Under the pieces are notes generated by a model. It was given only the letters and a program-made list of their open reading frames with translations, was not told the origin of the DNA and did not search any database. Shown one piece after another: positions 27,730-39,424 of a stretch of 64,000 bases of DNA. Position numbers and translations under genes: made by a program. The stretch spans positions 3,410,001 to 3,474,000 of the forward strand of contig CAVNZM010000015.1 in the NCBI GenBank assembly GCA_963693365.1. The letters run 5' to 3'. Each line of letters opens with the position of its first letter. Position 1 is the stretch's first letter. The DNA is from Amoebidium appalachense. Taxonomy: Eukaryota; Protista; Ichthyosporea.

Positions 27730-27873
27730 GATTACTTGGTGCCGTGGTGGTGAACCAGTCGGTAGGCTGCACACATGGCTGGTTTGTGCTTCGGCAGAAG
27801 TTGACTGCGGCACCGTTTGACGCAGTTATGTATGCACCACTGGCAGCAACCTCGCGCACAAACAAATTAAATA

Positions 27874-28014
<141 letters not shown>

Positions 28015-28276
28015 CTGTGTGTGTCACGGTGTGTTTGTGTGTGCCTGTGTGTTCACGTGTGTGCGTGTGTGTGCGTGTGTGCACGTGTGTGTATGCGCAC
28101 ACGTGCGTTTGCGTGCGTGTGTGTGTGTGCCTGTGTGAACAAGTTGTGTGTGCGTGTTTGCACGTGTGTGCCTTTTGTAAGCGCGTGTGCGCAAGCTACT
28201 CGAGTATGCATGTGTGTGCGTGTGTCTGTGTGTGCGTATTAGTGTGTGTGTGCGTGCGTGCGTGTATGTATGTGTT

Positions 28277-28315
<39 letters not shown>

Positions 28316-30007
28316 GTGTGCGTGTGTGTGCGTGTGTGTGCGTGTGTGTGCGTGTGTGTGCGTGCGTGCGTGTGCGTTCGCGAGGATAAATGCTTTCACA
28401 CATGCCCGTCAGGCCGTGAAACTAACAGGTGTCGGTTAGTTTCATCATTTTTACCACCAGTGGCCTAATTAGACAGCCAAAGCTATGAAAAATTACCCGT
28501 AAAACCGGTGGGTGGCACTAATAAATTCATCCAGGATGGCACCAGCCAAAAACGAATCTCACACTAAAAGCTGACAGTGGAATCTCCACGCAATAAAAAG
28601 TGGATCCGGAGGATGACAGATGCATTTGCATCCCTCCAGATAACGATTAGCTGATTGGCGCAACTAAAGCCCACCCGATCATGTGGGTTTATGTGGGGCT
28701 TATGTATGCGAATCCCAGCATTTACAGTTTTCCTGGAATCCGATACATAAATAGATTTGTACATTTGTTAATATGTACAGATTTAGCATAGGAGACGTAT
28801 AATCTTTTCTATGGTTTTTCGTTTAGAGAGAATATTTTTTCATTGTAATTATTTGCATGCATTATGTATATGTGGGAAGGTTTTTTTCTTGGTACGCACA
28901 AATTGCTTTTGGGAGTTATGTATGTACAGCCATACAAAACGCCCCACAAGTTCAACCAGGAATGCTGGGGGAACGACCCGTTCAACAGGCTACCAATCAA
29001 AATTGTGGATGTGCTTGCTTTGTCATCCAGGTGAGTCGTTACTTTAGTTAGTATAATGCGGTAGATTTGATTCTGCCTTTAGAAATAAGGCTACACAAAT
29101 GTAATTCCAAGTGAAAAGTCGGAGTGAATTGGTTGTAGAATTAGGCCAGGGTGTTGCGGCCCGGCGGGCAGGCGGGCTATCCCAGCGACTTCGAGCTGAA
29201 TCACATGGAGTCAAGATCATCTCTTGAGAGATATGCAAATGAGAATTGAGTCGCATCGCGTGGATCTAAATATCGAAATACTCGGCGAATTTAGAGAACC
29301 AATGTCGTTCTCTAATTATCTAAAAGTCTGCTCGATTCGTGTAAAGCAGTTTAGAAACTGAACTATCTAAATCGTAGATCGCAATTCTATTGGATAGAAA
29401 TAATTAGGCGAGTTCCAAGGACCAATCGTCTCATCCCAGACATCTAGAAGACCCCTCCCCCTCTTCCAGATTCGCCCATCTGGGAGAGGGTCGAAATCAA
29501 TCTAGATTTTATGCAAACTTTAAACGTTTAACAAATTGATCGGATTGCGGAAGTGTTATGCGTAAATTTCACAATCTAGATATGTAGATATTTAGATTCA
29601 CGCGATGCGACTCATTGTGTATGTGTTATCAGTGGCCCCAATCGAGATAAAAAACGTATGCCAACGGCAACATGCAAAATTACAAAAACACTATAGGCCT
29701 ATGAGTGCCATCTATATTATACAAGCGTCTTCTTTTCTTTTTTCAGGAAAGGCTCTACATGTCACATGTTCTCAGTCAGTCGCACTGTGACCCCAGCTCC
29801 TGATGATTGGACGGAACGGGATGCTTATCACTAATGTGGAGCGATGCAAAAGATCAAAACCATACGTTGATTGGTCTCTAATGAACTGGCGAAATTTACA
29901 GCACCATATATGGCAGTTATGGTATGTGGGCTGTGATGGCGACTAAACGCTATCTTGGGAATGGGTTGACGCCGGTTCAGTTCCAGATTGCACATGGCGC
30001 ACATAAT

Positions 30008-30038
<31 letters not shown>

Positions 30039-30376
30039 TACATACGTGAACACAGCCACGCACAGAAACTTTCAGAACACAGCTCTCACCTGAACCTTTC
30101 ATCGCCCTTATTTGACGCTGGCTTTCATATCCGAAGCAAAGAAAGACTTTGCCAGCATTTGAGTGATTGTGAAACTGCTATTGATCGAATGAAGTAGGAA
30201 AACCTTTGACCGGAAAGAAGAACTCCTTACAACAGCATCCTCTCCCTCTGGTTAGTTCTCTACTTGGTGTCTTGTCGTCTGGTAACTCTCAAATCATAAA
30301 TTTTACTCCTCCGCTCATTAGAGCCACTTCCCTTTATGAATATCTACACGTAGGATTCCAGCTGCAAAAACACAAA

Positions 30377-31537
30377 ATGACAAATTCTCGTTGCCCTAGC
30401 TCAACCTTAAGACAATTACTCGAGGAAAGTACGTCCGAAATCGCCATGGAAGATTCCACAGACGACAGTAGAATACGCAGGCAAGACAAACCACACCGCC
30501 CACTCCGTTGGGCCTGGAGCGGGTGTTTGGTTTTCGGTGTGATCGTAAGCGCGCTTTGTGCTTTGGATTTGGCTGCAAAGCTTTACGCAACAAACGCTAG
30601 GGTTTCCACCTACATAAACGGACACCTAATTGGTGGGCGTGAGCTGGTTACCATCTGCAGGTCAAACACAAGGAGAGACGTTTCTTCAGCACTTTCTGAA
30701 GAAAACAGCGAAACAGTTGCGGCACGCACAGGTATTGTCCGTGTTGGTGCTGTTTCCTTTACCCTTCCAACCACAACATACACTGGGGAGGTCGAAGGAG
30801 ACGTAGATGAATCGAGCGAGTGCCACCAACAATTAGCGAACCCGAACCACCATAGTGTGTGGGGATGGATTTCCAGTTTTGTTTCTAGTCATTTTGACGT
30901 AACAGCAACCACCACCGTCGAATCTGTGGAAACCGACGAAACTACCACCTCTACCCCAGTCGAAATCGAAACTAAAAAGGCGGCACCGCAAAAACCAAAA
31001 CATAAAGCGGGGCTTAAGCTTCCAAAGGTCGTTACACAGTGGGGACAGAAAGACGAAGACGGTATAGTAACCCTTACGCCGGAAGAAGATTTCAAGCACG
31101 GTGGTGCTGTGTTTTGCGGCGAAGGCGGTGGAAAGACAAGCGCAAAACAGCTAATGAACATGATTCACAGCGAGTGTCTTGGCGAGAACGAAAAGGGAGA
31201 GCTTCAGACAATGCCGTGCTCTTCTTCTTCCGTGTTGTCGTTTTGTGTCGACAGAACATCGCTTCAGCTGAGAACGATGGGCGGGAAATGCATGGGAATT
31301 CGTCGCGTTGATTTGACTGTAGGGGAGGCTCCCGTTATGGTGCATGAATGTGGTTATGAGAATCACGTGAATGAATGGCAGTTTGCTGGTTGGTTTGGCT
31401 GGCACGTGTACAATGTGGAGTCTAGAATGTGCTGGGATGTTCTTCATCAGCACAAGAACGGAACTATTATTCAGTGGAGGTGTAAGATGGTGACCGATTA
31501 CAAGCCACCCAACCAGTGGTTTGTCTGGGTGGAGTAA
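30377..31537 (+). CDS. Type II membrane protein with a Thr-rich stalk and a C-terminal ricin-B (beta-trefoil) lectin-like domain
   Basis: Single long ORF (ATG 30377, or Kozak-like GCCATGG at 30446). Hydrophobic WAWSGCLVFGVIVSALCALDLAA. Ricin-type repeats GKCMGI...VMVHEC...NEWQF and MCWDV...IIQWRC...NQWFVW. Confidence 0.8.
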   Translation: MTNSRCPSSTLRQLLEESTSEIAMEDSTDDSRIRRQDKPHRPLRWAWSGCLVFGVIVSALCALDLAAKLYATNARVSTYINGHLIGGRELVTICRSNTRRDVSSALSEENSETVAARTGIVRVGAVSFTLPTTTYTGEVEGDVDESSECHQQLANPNHHSVWGWISSFVSSHFDVTATTTVESVETDETTTSTPVEIETKKAAPQKPKHKAGLKLPKVVTQWGQKDEDGIVTLTPEEDFKHGGAVFCGEGGGKTSAKQLMNMIHSECLGENEKGELQTMPCSSSSVLSFCVDRTSLQLRTMGGKCMGIRRVDLTVGEAPVMVHECGYENHVNEWQFAGWFGWHVYNVESRMCWDVLHQHKNGTIIQWRCKMVTDYKPPNQWFVWVE

Positions 31538-33124
31538 CGAACGTAATGCGAGAATAACCTTTATGTGCGTAGTACACACAGTATACACCGTTTTGCACGC
31601 CACACATGAATACAGGCACATGTACATAAATTACTAGTACCGTGTCGCACATATTTACACACCACTTGGTTCCATAGCCAAAAGAATTATAGAAAAATGT
31701 TTACTGCCAGTAGTTACATAGGCATGTAAGATTTAGAAGACAAACGTTGTGCATGACAGGACGATCGTGTTGTTACCTTGTTTGTATGACAGTGTGTGTG
31801 TGTGTGTGTCATGAAACCCCTTTTGTATGGATCTTCGACGGCAAACTTATTCGGAAGGCCGTTCCGCTAATGGTACTAATTCAGCCGCCCTACTCTGTGA
31901 GCCAGGGGGTAGTATTGTTGTCAAATAGAAGCTTGTGCAAACAGCAAACTATGAGTATCTGAAACAGTCTAAGAAGGCCGTGAGACTATATTACCTTCTG
32001 TAGCCAGCTTTCGTAACCTGACCCCCCCCTCCCCCCCCCCCCCCCCCCCTCCCTTCCCCTCGGGAGGATAGGCTCTTATGCATTCTCTTTGTGTGGGTTT
32101 GCACTCTGCGTTATGTTGTCCGATGGTTATGAGTGCGTACTATTAGTACTCTTAACGCGTTCTTATATCCCCCCCCCCCCCCCCCCCCCCCCCCCTGCCC
32201 CCCGCCCCTCCCTCCCTCCCTCCCTCCCCCCCCCCCCGGGGCCCTTCCACCACCACCCACCCACCCACCTGGACCACCCGTACATCTGCCCAGTTCCTTA
32301 TTTTATCTTACTCAGTATACAATAACACACTGTATGGTGCCGGCATGCACACGAGCGCACACACAGACACATAGACATTCACCCGCAAGCACAAACAAAC
32401 ATACACCGTGGTGCATAAGCTTCCGCTCCCTCCCCCCCCCTTTCCCCCCCCCCCCTCTCTCTTGCCCCCCCCTCCCCCCCCCCCCCCCCCCCCCCGCCCC
32501 TCCCCCTTCCCACCCCCCCCCCTCACCCCCCCCCCCCCCCCACCCCACCCCCCAAACAGCATCCCCACCCCCAAAGCACTCATGGACACCTTGGGCGGAT
32601 GAATTTTTCTTTCCCGCTTGTCGTTTCTTACACGTGATCGTTTCCTTTATTATGGGCGTGAAAGTCAAGGAAAATCTTGAAAAAGTTTGGCTTACAACAA
32701 ATTTGAGGGTTGCCCCCAAAGCCCGAAATGTGCCTTGCTCCTTACTTCTGCACGTTTATAATACTTATTAGGTACTTTTCTGTCGACGGTGTCATATATC
32801 CACACATTATTAGTTATCACCCACTCACCACACACACGTGCGCACACACGTACACGCGCACGCACGCGACCACACACTCATGCATGCATGCACTCACGCA
32901 TGCGCACACGGCGTGCATGTACGCACACATGCAAGCATAGGACGCGCACAATAACTGCCAGAAGCCCCTGTGTGGGGTGGGGTGGGTTGTGGGTGTTTGG
33001 GGGGGGAGACGGGTGGGGAGGAGCTAAAGGCCGGAGGAGGAGGGGGAAGGAATGGGGGGGGGGGGGAATAAGCCTCGTTGTGTGTGTGTACACGCACACG
33101 CAAGCACCCACGCAGGCACACATG

Positions 33125-33253
<129 letters not shown>

Positions 33254-33703
33254 GAGGCATATCCCCGCTTAAACACCCCCGCCCCCTCCTCCAGCCTCCA
33301 CCTCTCCCCCCCCCCCCCCCCCCCCCCTCCCCCCCTCTTACCCCCCCCCCCCCCCCTCCCCCGGCCGCCAACACCCCTACCCCACCCCACCCCACCGCAC
33401 ACTGGGCCTTCTGGCAGTTGTTTTGCCTGATCAACCCCCAACCCATTTTAAGTTATTGATCCGGTGATCGCCAAGGCAGACGGGCCCTTTGCACACTGCT
33501 AAGAGAACATCAATGTCCGTTTGTGCTTTGAGTCTTGTTTTTTTTTGTTCTTTTTTTTGTTTTTGTTTTTTGGGGGGGGGGGGGGGGGGGGGGGGGGGAG
33601 GGGGAGGGAGGGTAGGGGGAGGCACCCACCCACCCACCCACACACACACACACACTCACAGACACACACGCACGCGCGTGCGCGCGAGCGCGTGCGCACA
33701 CGG

Positions 33704-33795
<92 letters not shown>

Positions 33796-34893
33796 AGGCA
33801 CAGACACACACACACAGTCTGCCACTTCGGGTAACGGGCCTTTTTCATCCCACCAGCACTGCATTGGCAATTTGGCAGGCCTATCAACAAACTTGCACTT
33901 ACAAGCACGAGCCTCACTCACAGTCACATGCACACGCACACACCTAAACAGTCAATGCCATGCACACGCACGCACGTAAACAGCTGATGTCATATGACTA
34001 GGAGCCACAGGTATTGCCCTCTGCCTGCCAGCGATGATTGATGTGTTCTACTACAGTATGATCTAGTTTTTACCGGGTGTTGTTAGTAACCTACAGTATG
34101 TGGATACCCCCCCCCCCCCTCCCCCCCCCCCGCTTCCCTTCCCCCCTCCCCCCCTCCCCCCACCCTCCCGCTCTCTCTCCTCCCCACCTCCAACCCCCTT
34201 CCTTCCACCCTGGGCCCTCCCCGCCCCCACTTCCCCCCCCCCCCCCCCCCCTCCCTCCTCCCTTCCGGCCGCGGAAGGCTCCCCCCCCCCCCCCCCCCTT
34301 CCCCTCCCCCCCCTCCCCCCCCCCCCCTCCCCCCTCCCCCCCCTCCCCCCCCCCCCCAAAAAAAAAGAAATAGGTAGAAATTCAAAACAAAGGAAAGGGG
34401 CAAGGGTGGGTAATTTTGAAAGCTATAGCATATTTTGTGGTATTCTGCATGACGGAAATACACCTATGGATCGAACGCAACAATTTGAATGGGAGGGAAT
34501 GGGACGGGAGGGAGCAGTAGACTTAAGCTTTTTTTTTTTTTTGGGGGGGGGGGGGGGGGGTTGCTCTACTATTGGTTGTATCATTTTTTATTTTATAAAA
34601 TGACTTTCTTGAATCATTTCGAAATTTAAACCAGCAAACGAATTCTGCACATCATTCTGCTAAAACGGAATTTCCGGTAGATACGGCATGTGTTGTATTG
34701 TAAGTCATCATGGCAATGGCGGTAGCTATGTATACTATGATAGCTATGTATGGTGCAGAACTCAACTTCTTTTGAAAATCATTGATAAAATAAATGCATC
34801 ATGGTTTCTTAACATAATTCATGTCGAGCATATCCATGTTGTATATTATGAAAAAATGATGCCCTGCCCCTAAGGCAAAGAGTGCGGCTAACT

Positions 34894-35195
34894 TGCCGAA
34901 GGCAAGACTTCCCCTCACTCCCGTCGTGGCTCCCCGAGGTGACCGAGACAAAGAGAAGCAGAAATGCAAGTCAGTGAGGAATTTTATTATTGAATTTAGC
35001 CCTAATAAATAACATCAATATCTGATCAGAAAACCCCCAAAACCCCCGGATAAACCCCCTAAGCCCCAGAACACCGTGTGTGTGTGCACACGTGTGTGTG
35101 TGTGTGTGTGTGTGTGTTTGTGTGTGTATGATAGGCTATTGAAGGAACAGCACTTCCAGCACACAATGGCCGAAAGAACCCCTTCATCTATCCAA
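34894..35195 (-). repeat. Split direct repeat B2
   Basis: Copy of 35673-35976; contains AATAAA on the minus strand. Confidence 0.95.
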
Positions 35196-35210
35196 GGGTG
35201 GGAGGGAGGG

Positions 35211-35672
35211 AAGAGAAAGCAAGAGCAAACCGTAAGGCACCAACTAATCAGACTGAGGTCTCAGCTTCTGCCCCTTTACACAAGGTGCCACCAAACCAAG
35301 AAAACACCCAAACAGCCTAATTATTACCTTATCACGTTGCTCCCTCCCCTTTTTTCTTTTCACCTACACACTAGCTCTAAAAACAAGAACTGAACGAACG
35401 ACGCCCACAGCCAGCTCTACAAAGCTGGTGCGCGGCTCACTCACATTTTTAGAACAGTGGAAAAGCCACCAATCATATCACCTATCTACTGATAACTACG
35501 GATCACTTCATAACTATACCTGATCTATATCCAATCACTAAAGATACATACGACTGAGCTTAACATTCTACCCGTTAGGGCCAATCAGCTTGCACCGCTA
35601 TGTAGCCGTTACCGCCGACTGACCGAACACGTGTCATCTCTCACCGCTGCCTCCTCCCGCTCGAGAACAACA
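35211..35672 (-). repeat. Split direct repeat A2
   Basis: Copy of 40727-41194; one substitution and one short indel seen. Confidence 0.95.
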
Positions 35673-35976
35673 TGCCGGAGGCAAGACTTCCCCCTCACTC
35701 CCGTCGTGGCTCCCCGAGGTGACCGAGACAAAGAGAAGCAGAAATGCAAGTCAGTGAGGAATTTTATTATTGAATTTAGCCCTAATAAATAACATCAATA
35801 TCTGATCAGAAAACCCCCAAAACCCCCGGATAAACCCCCTAAGCCCCAGAACACCGTGTGTGTGTGCACACAGTGTGTGTGTGTGTATGTGTGTGTGTTT
35901 GTGTGTGTATGATAGGCTATTGAAGGAACAGCACTTCCAGCACACAATGGCCGAAAGAACCCCTTCATCTATCCAA
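35673..35976 (-). repeat. Split direct repeat B1
   Basis: Abuts A2, recreating the circle junction. Confidence 0.95.
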
Positions 35977-36056
35977 ACCTACCCTACTTGTTTTTATTTT
36001 GTGATTGTGTTTTTTAAATAATGTGTGTTGGGTGTGTGTGTAGAAGCCTGTAGCTG

Positions 36057-36992
36057 CTAATCGTGCGTAATCATGTGTGGCCTACGGGCCAAGGATTTTG
36101 CCTGGGCTGACAGATGAGCGGGCATTGAAATTGCCAGGAGCATGGCCTTGTTTGTGTCAATGTAGTGGTTGAAAGGCGTCGTGAAAGTACGCCACCGACC
36201 ATTGATACGAATTTGCTCATAGTCCTCCCCTCTGAGTGCTGCTGTGGAGGCTGCCCCGTGCCGTGTGCTGTACAATGAGAAGTCGCTATCCAGGCCCACA
36301 GCCGTCAGACTCTGTTGCATACAAGTTGCGACCAGCGATGGTGTGTACCCAGGATGAAACAGAGGGTCGGATGGGCGGGAGCCATGGGGAAATGCACCCA
36401 CTGCCATGAGCTTCTGCAGCAAATGCAAGCACACTGGATCACGGATCACCACCATCTGATGGTTGCCCGTTTTGGACCGTGGAAGAAGCAACACTGCACT
36501 GCCCGCTGGAACATTGATTTCAATCAACCGTGGATCATTCGGAGGAATGAAGTCTGCCACCGTGCGCCGCGAGAGCTCCCCCGGCCGGGTGTAGGTTGCG
36601 AATGACATACACAGATAGAGTGCTACGTGCGGCATCTTGTATTCCCACAGAGCCGACACTGCCAAAATCATGTAGTCGTAGGGGAGTGGTCTGTGGTGAT
36701 TGGTCGGGTTAGCATGGTCCCACCCCCTTAGGACCCTGGCCGACAGGACCAAGGAGTCCTTGCACTGGGGATAGAAATGGTGGATGGCTGACAGCACCGT
36801 CTTGCAGTGGGCGAGCCCGCTGCGGGTCTCCCCCAACTCTTCGTACATGTCAGCTGCATAGCTCGCAAGCATGTTATCCACCTGCTCTACCGACTGGAAG
36901 GTGCTCACCCCAACTTCCACACACCACGCTACGAATTTGTTCAAGGCGTTGTCGTATTTCGCCACTGTGGGAGCCGTGACATTGAGATTCAT
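36057..36992 (-). CDS. Tyrosine recombinase of the retroelement
   Basis: Catalytic set R (TYTRPGEL), K (PRSKT), YSTRHG (variant HxxR), GRW and Y (NHYI); N-terminal core-binding helical region. Confidence 0.93.
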   Translation of the reverse strand: MNLNVTAPTVAKYDNALNKFVAWCVEVGVSTFQSVEQVDNMLASYAADMYEELGETRSGLAHCKTVLSAIHHFYPQCKDSLVLSARVLRGWDHANPTNHHRPLPYDYMILAVSALWEYKMPHVALYLCMSFATYTRPGELSRRTVADFIPPNDPRLIEINVPAGSAVLLLPRSKTGNHQMVVIRDPVCLHLLQKLMAVGAFPHGSRPSDPLFHPGYTPSLVATCMQQSLTAVGLDSDFSLYSTRHGAASTAALRGEDYEQIRINGRWRTFTTPFNHYIDTNKAMLLAISMPAHLSAQAKSLARRPHMITHD

Positions 36993-39424
36993 TTGAGCAT
37001 ATGCGTGATTTTTGCAGAGGGGACGACGTCACGTGACGGCATGTCTGCTGGATTGTGGGCAGAAGGGACCCACACCCACGCCGGTCGAAGTGCGGCTGCA
37101 CACACAAGTGCTGCCACTCGCCGGCACAGATGATTTAGCCGTCGTGAACTCGATCTACCCTTGGCCACCGCAAACAATAAAGATGTGTTGTCGATGAGAT
37201 GAGCTACTCTGGTGCCGTGATTTTGTGGTGCTCGCGTGAAACGTCGTAGTGATAATAGCAGCGCATGCCCCTCGAGGATGGTGATGTGATCTTCGTGCCG
37301 CCACGGAGTAGATATCGGATGGTGCCACTGCAGACCGTCAACTACTTTCAGAAAAGAGTCGTCGGTCGTGGGGTGGTTCGTGCTGTCGTTACCTTCATCG
37401 GCCGAAAGGGCGTTAATCACGAGCTCACCGGTGTCGTCCACAGGCCCCAAGAAGGAATAACCGGGTCTGGACACCGACTGTGCTAATGCCGTCAACGATT
37501 GCTCAGCCGTAACGGACGCAATAGAAACACCTGCTCCCTTGGTGGACGCATCTGATGCCAACAGAAGAGAGGCGGGAGCAGCCGTCAAATCACACACAAT
37601 GAGAGGTGCCAAATCCACCAACAGGGCCAACTCCCCCTTGACTGCAGAGGGGATTGGGCATGCCGTTAGTGGACATTGGCCGGCTGACAACGCAAACTGA
37701 TAACTCGCCTCTAACACAGAAAATAAAGCTCTATTCAAAAGCAACAACCATGCCCAGCCCCCAAGCAAACGAGATAACGCCCGTGGAGCCACCTCCCGCA
37801 TGAACAGAACCGCCTTTGTGTCGGCAAGTAGCCGCGCCAACCGTGATGCATCCGGTCGAATAACACCGTCCCGTCCAATAGCCAACCCGAGTGCTACGGT
37901 CTCCGGGTGGTCTCGTGACGCCGTGACCGTTTTGGACGGTTTTATTTCGAATCCGTGTGTCTCTCCAGCGCGCCCGGCTGCCGTCATCTCGGAATTTACA
38001 GTAGATTCCTCCAACCCAACCCCCACCCAATCATCCACGTAGATCAAATGTGCCGTATCCGATTGGTCGGTAATGGAATGTGCCGGTGAAGAATTCGATT
38101 GGATGCATCGTTCGATACGTAAAGGCGGGTGCGTGATGTGCTGGTGAGAACCGTGACGTTGGGCGACAAACGGTGTCCATTTCCAGCCCATCGGCATAGA
38201 CAACACCCGCGGATACACCAACCTATCGACACCCGGCAGACCCACTGCTGAAGACGAAACCGGCGGAAGCCCTTGGTACCAAGACAGCCAGTCTGGCACC
38301 CGAAAACGGTGGTAGAAATTCGAAAAATCGTACTTGGCCACCACCACCGCTGCGTCCTTCGGAACAATGATACTACACAAATCTGCCGGACTGGGAAAAT
38401 TCGGATTGGGCGGGTCTATCATGACTGCATTCATGGGGCGAGCATCCATGATAAGACGGTCTTCCTTCTCATCTTTCTCCACCGCAAAAAAACCATTGAT
38501 AATCTTTGGGGGCTCCGAAATTTCTGAAAAAGCAACCATACCACAAACGTACATACGCTTAGCCAATATAGGCCACTCCGCAGGCGACGCAAATGCATGG
38601 ACAGGACGCCCGGGCAAAGGGTGGGCTCCTTCGGCACCCTCAGTGGTGCTCTCAGTTGCCAACACGCCCCCAAGCCCGCAAACTCCGTGACCGTTCGGCT
38701 GTCCGACCGCGTCACCCGTGCGATTTGACGCCACCACCAACACGTTTGGCTTCTCCATCATCTCCTTGAGGTCAGGTGGAAGGACCTCTAGGAGCGGAAC
38801 TGTTGCCCCAAACCCCTCAGGAGGAAGGGCAATACGCTCAGCAACTATGGGGGTGAAGGCTTTTGAGTGATTGAAATATGGGAAAGATTCAGACACAGCC
38901 GCTAAGGGGACATTGCTGATCCTGCGGCGCATATCCGCGCAAAAAACGAAAATTCGCTGAATGGATTGTGTCTGTGCCGGTGAGGGTGCATGAGAAAAGT
39001 GCGTGGATTTAGGAAAAGGCGTGGGAAAAAAGTGTGTGCTGGTAGGAGGGGAAAATGTTGAAAAGTGTGTGTGATTCTGGGAAGAGGTGTCGTGCATGTT
39101 GTGCCAAACATCGTTCCTAGGAGATTCTACCGAGCCAGGTGGCCCATTATACAACGTGTTGATTGCAGCTATGGTTCTATTAACCAACTTTAACACAGCA
39201 AATCTCTTGTTGAACCTCCCACGTCTTCTTGGAGAGGCCAACCTAACACCATCAAGCAACAGCGGGACTACAAAAAGGGGAAGTGGAAGTAAATCATTAG
39301 ACACATGGGGAAACAAGCCTGGCTCAGCTGCGCCCGTGACGCCCTCACCAGGGGTACTAACATGGGGGGCTACGGGCTCACCGGTGTACCACTTCCGAGA
39401 GCCCACCCCCGACACACCACTCAT
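36989..39424 (-). CDS. Reverse transcriptase-RNase H (DIRS order, Ngaro/VIPER-type)
   Basis: RT motifs FAVEK...RLIMDARPMN, YDFSNFY, MPMGWKWTP and YVDD. RNase H motifs ASDAS..GAG, HITILE, LIDN, KGRSSS and WVPSAHNPADMPSR. Confidence 0.95.
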   Translation of the reverse strand: MSGVSGVGSRKWYTGEPVAPHVSTPGEGVTGAAEPGLFPHVSNDLLPLPLFVVPLLLDGVRLASPRRRGRFNKRFAVLKLVNRTIAAINTLYNGPPGSVESPRNDVWHNMHDTSSQNHTHFSTFSPPTSTHFFPTPFPKSTHFSHAPSPAQTQSIQRIFVFCADMRRRISNVPLAAVSESFPYFNHSKAFTPIVAERIALPPEGFGATVPLLEVLPPDLKEMMEKPNVLVVASNRTGDAVGQPNGHGVCGLGGVLATESTTEGAEGAHPLPGRPVHAFASPAEWPILAKRMYVCGMVAFSEISEPPKIINGFFAVEKDEKEDRLIMDARPMNAVMIDPPNPNFPSPADLCSIIVPKDAAVVVAKYDFSNFYHRFRVPDWLSWYQGLPPVSSSAVGLPGVDRLVYPRVLSMPMGWKWTPFVAQRHGSHQHITHPPLRIERCIQSNSSPAHSITDQSDTAHLIYVDDWVGVGLEESTVNSEMTAAGRAGETHGFEIKPSKTVTASRDHPETVALGLAIGRDGVIRPDASRLARLLADTKAVLFMREVAPRALSRLLGGWAWLLLLNRALFSVLEASYQFALSAGQCPLTACPIPSAVKGELALLVDLAPLIVCDLTAAPASLLLASDASTKGAGVSIASVTAEQSLTALAQSVSRPGYSFLGPVDDTGELVINALSADEGNDSTNHPTTDDSFLKVVDGLQWHHPISTPWRHEDHITILEGHALLLSLRRFTRAPQNHGTRVAHLIDNTSLLFAVAKGRSSSRRLNHLCRRVAALVCAAALRPAWVWVPSAHNPADMPSRDVVPSAKITHMLK

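Larger units (their letters stand above)
14200..27870 (-). pseudogene. Multi-exon gene for a large extracellular mosaic protein (tectonin-like repeats, WSC domains, PAN/apple-like, EGF repeats, Pro/Ser/Thr linker); probably decaying
   Basis: Tectonin-like IATDGN..Y.....G..W.C..PC exon (~25500-25817). WSC exons (~24910-25210, ~24342-24490, ~19870-20020: YxGC...C...C....YFALQ...C.C....C...C.G....CGG...LSVY). PAN-like exon ~18060-18285. EGF exon 15744-15230. GT-AG boundaries. In-frame stops and frameshifts at ~27513, ~15230 and ~15030. The ends of the gene are uncertain. Confidence 0.7.

Noticed and set aside
36057-36992. Phage integrase / bacterial contamination suggested by the YR and ATGA overlaps
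   Set aside because: Linked to a DIRS-type RT-RNaseH and A/B split repeats that contain the host-type (GT)n tract; flanks are eukaryotic.
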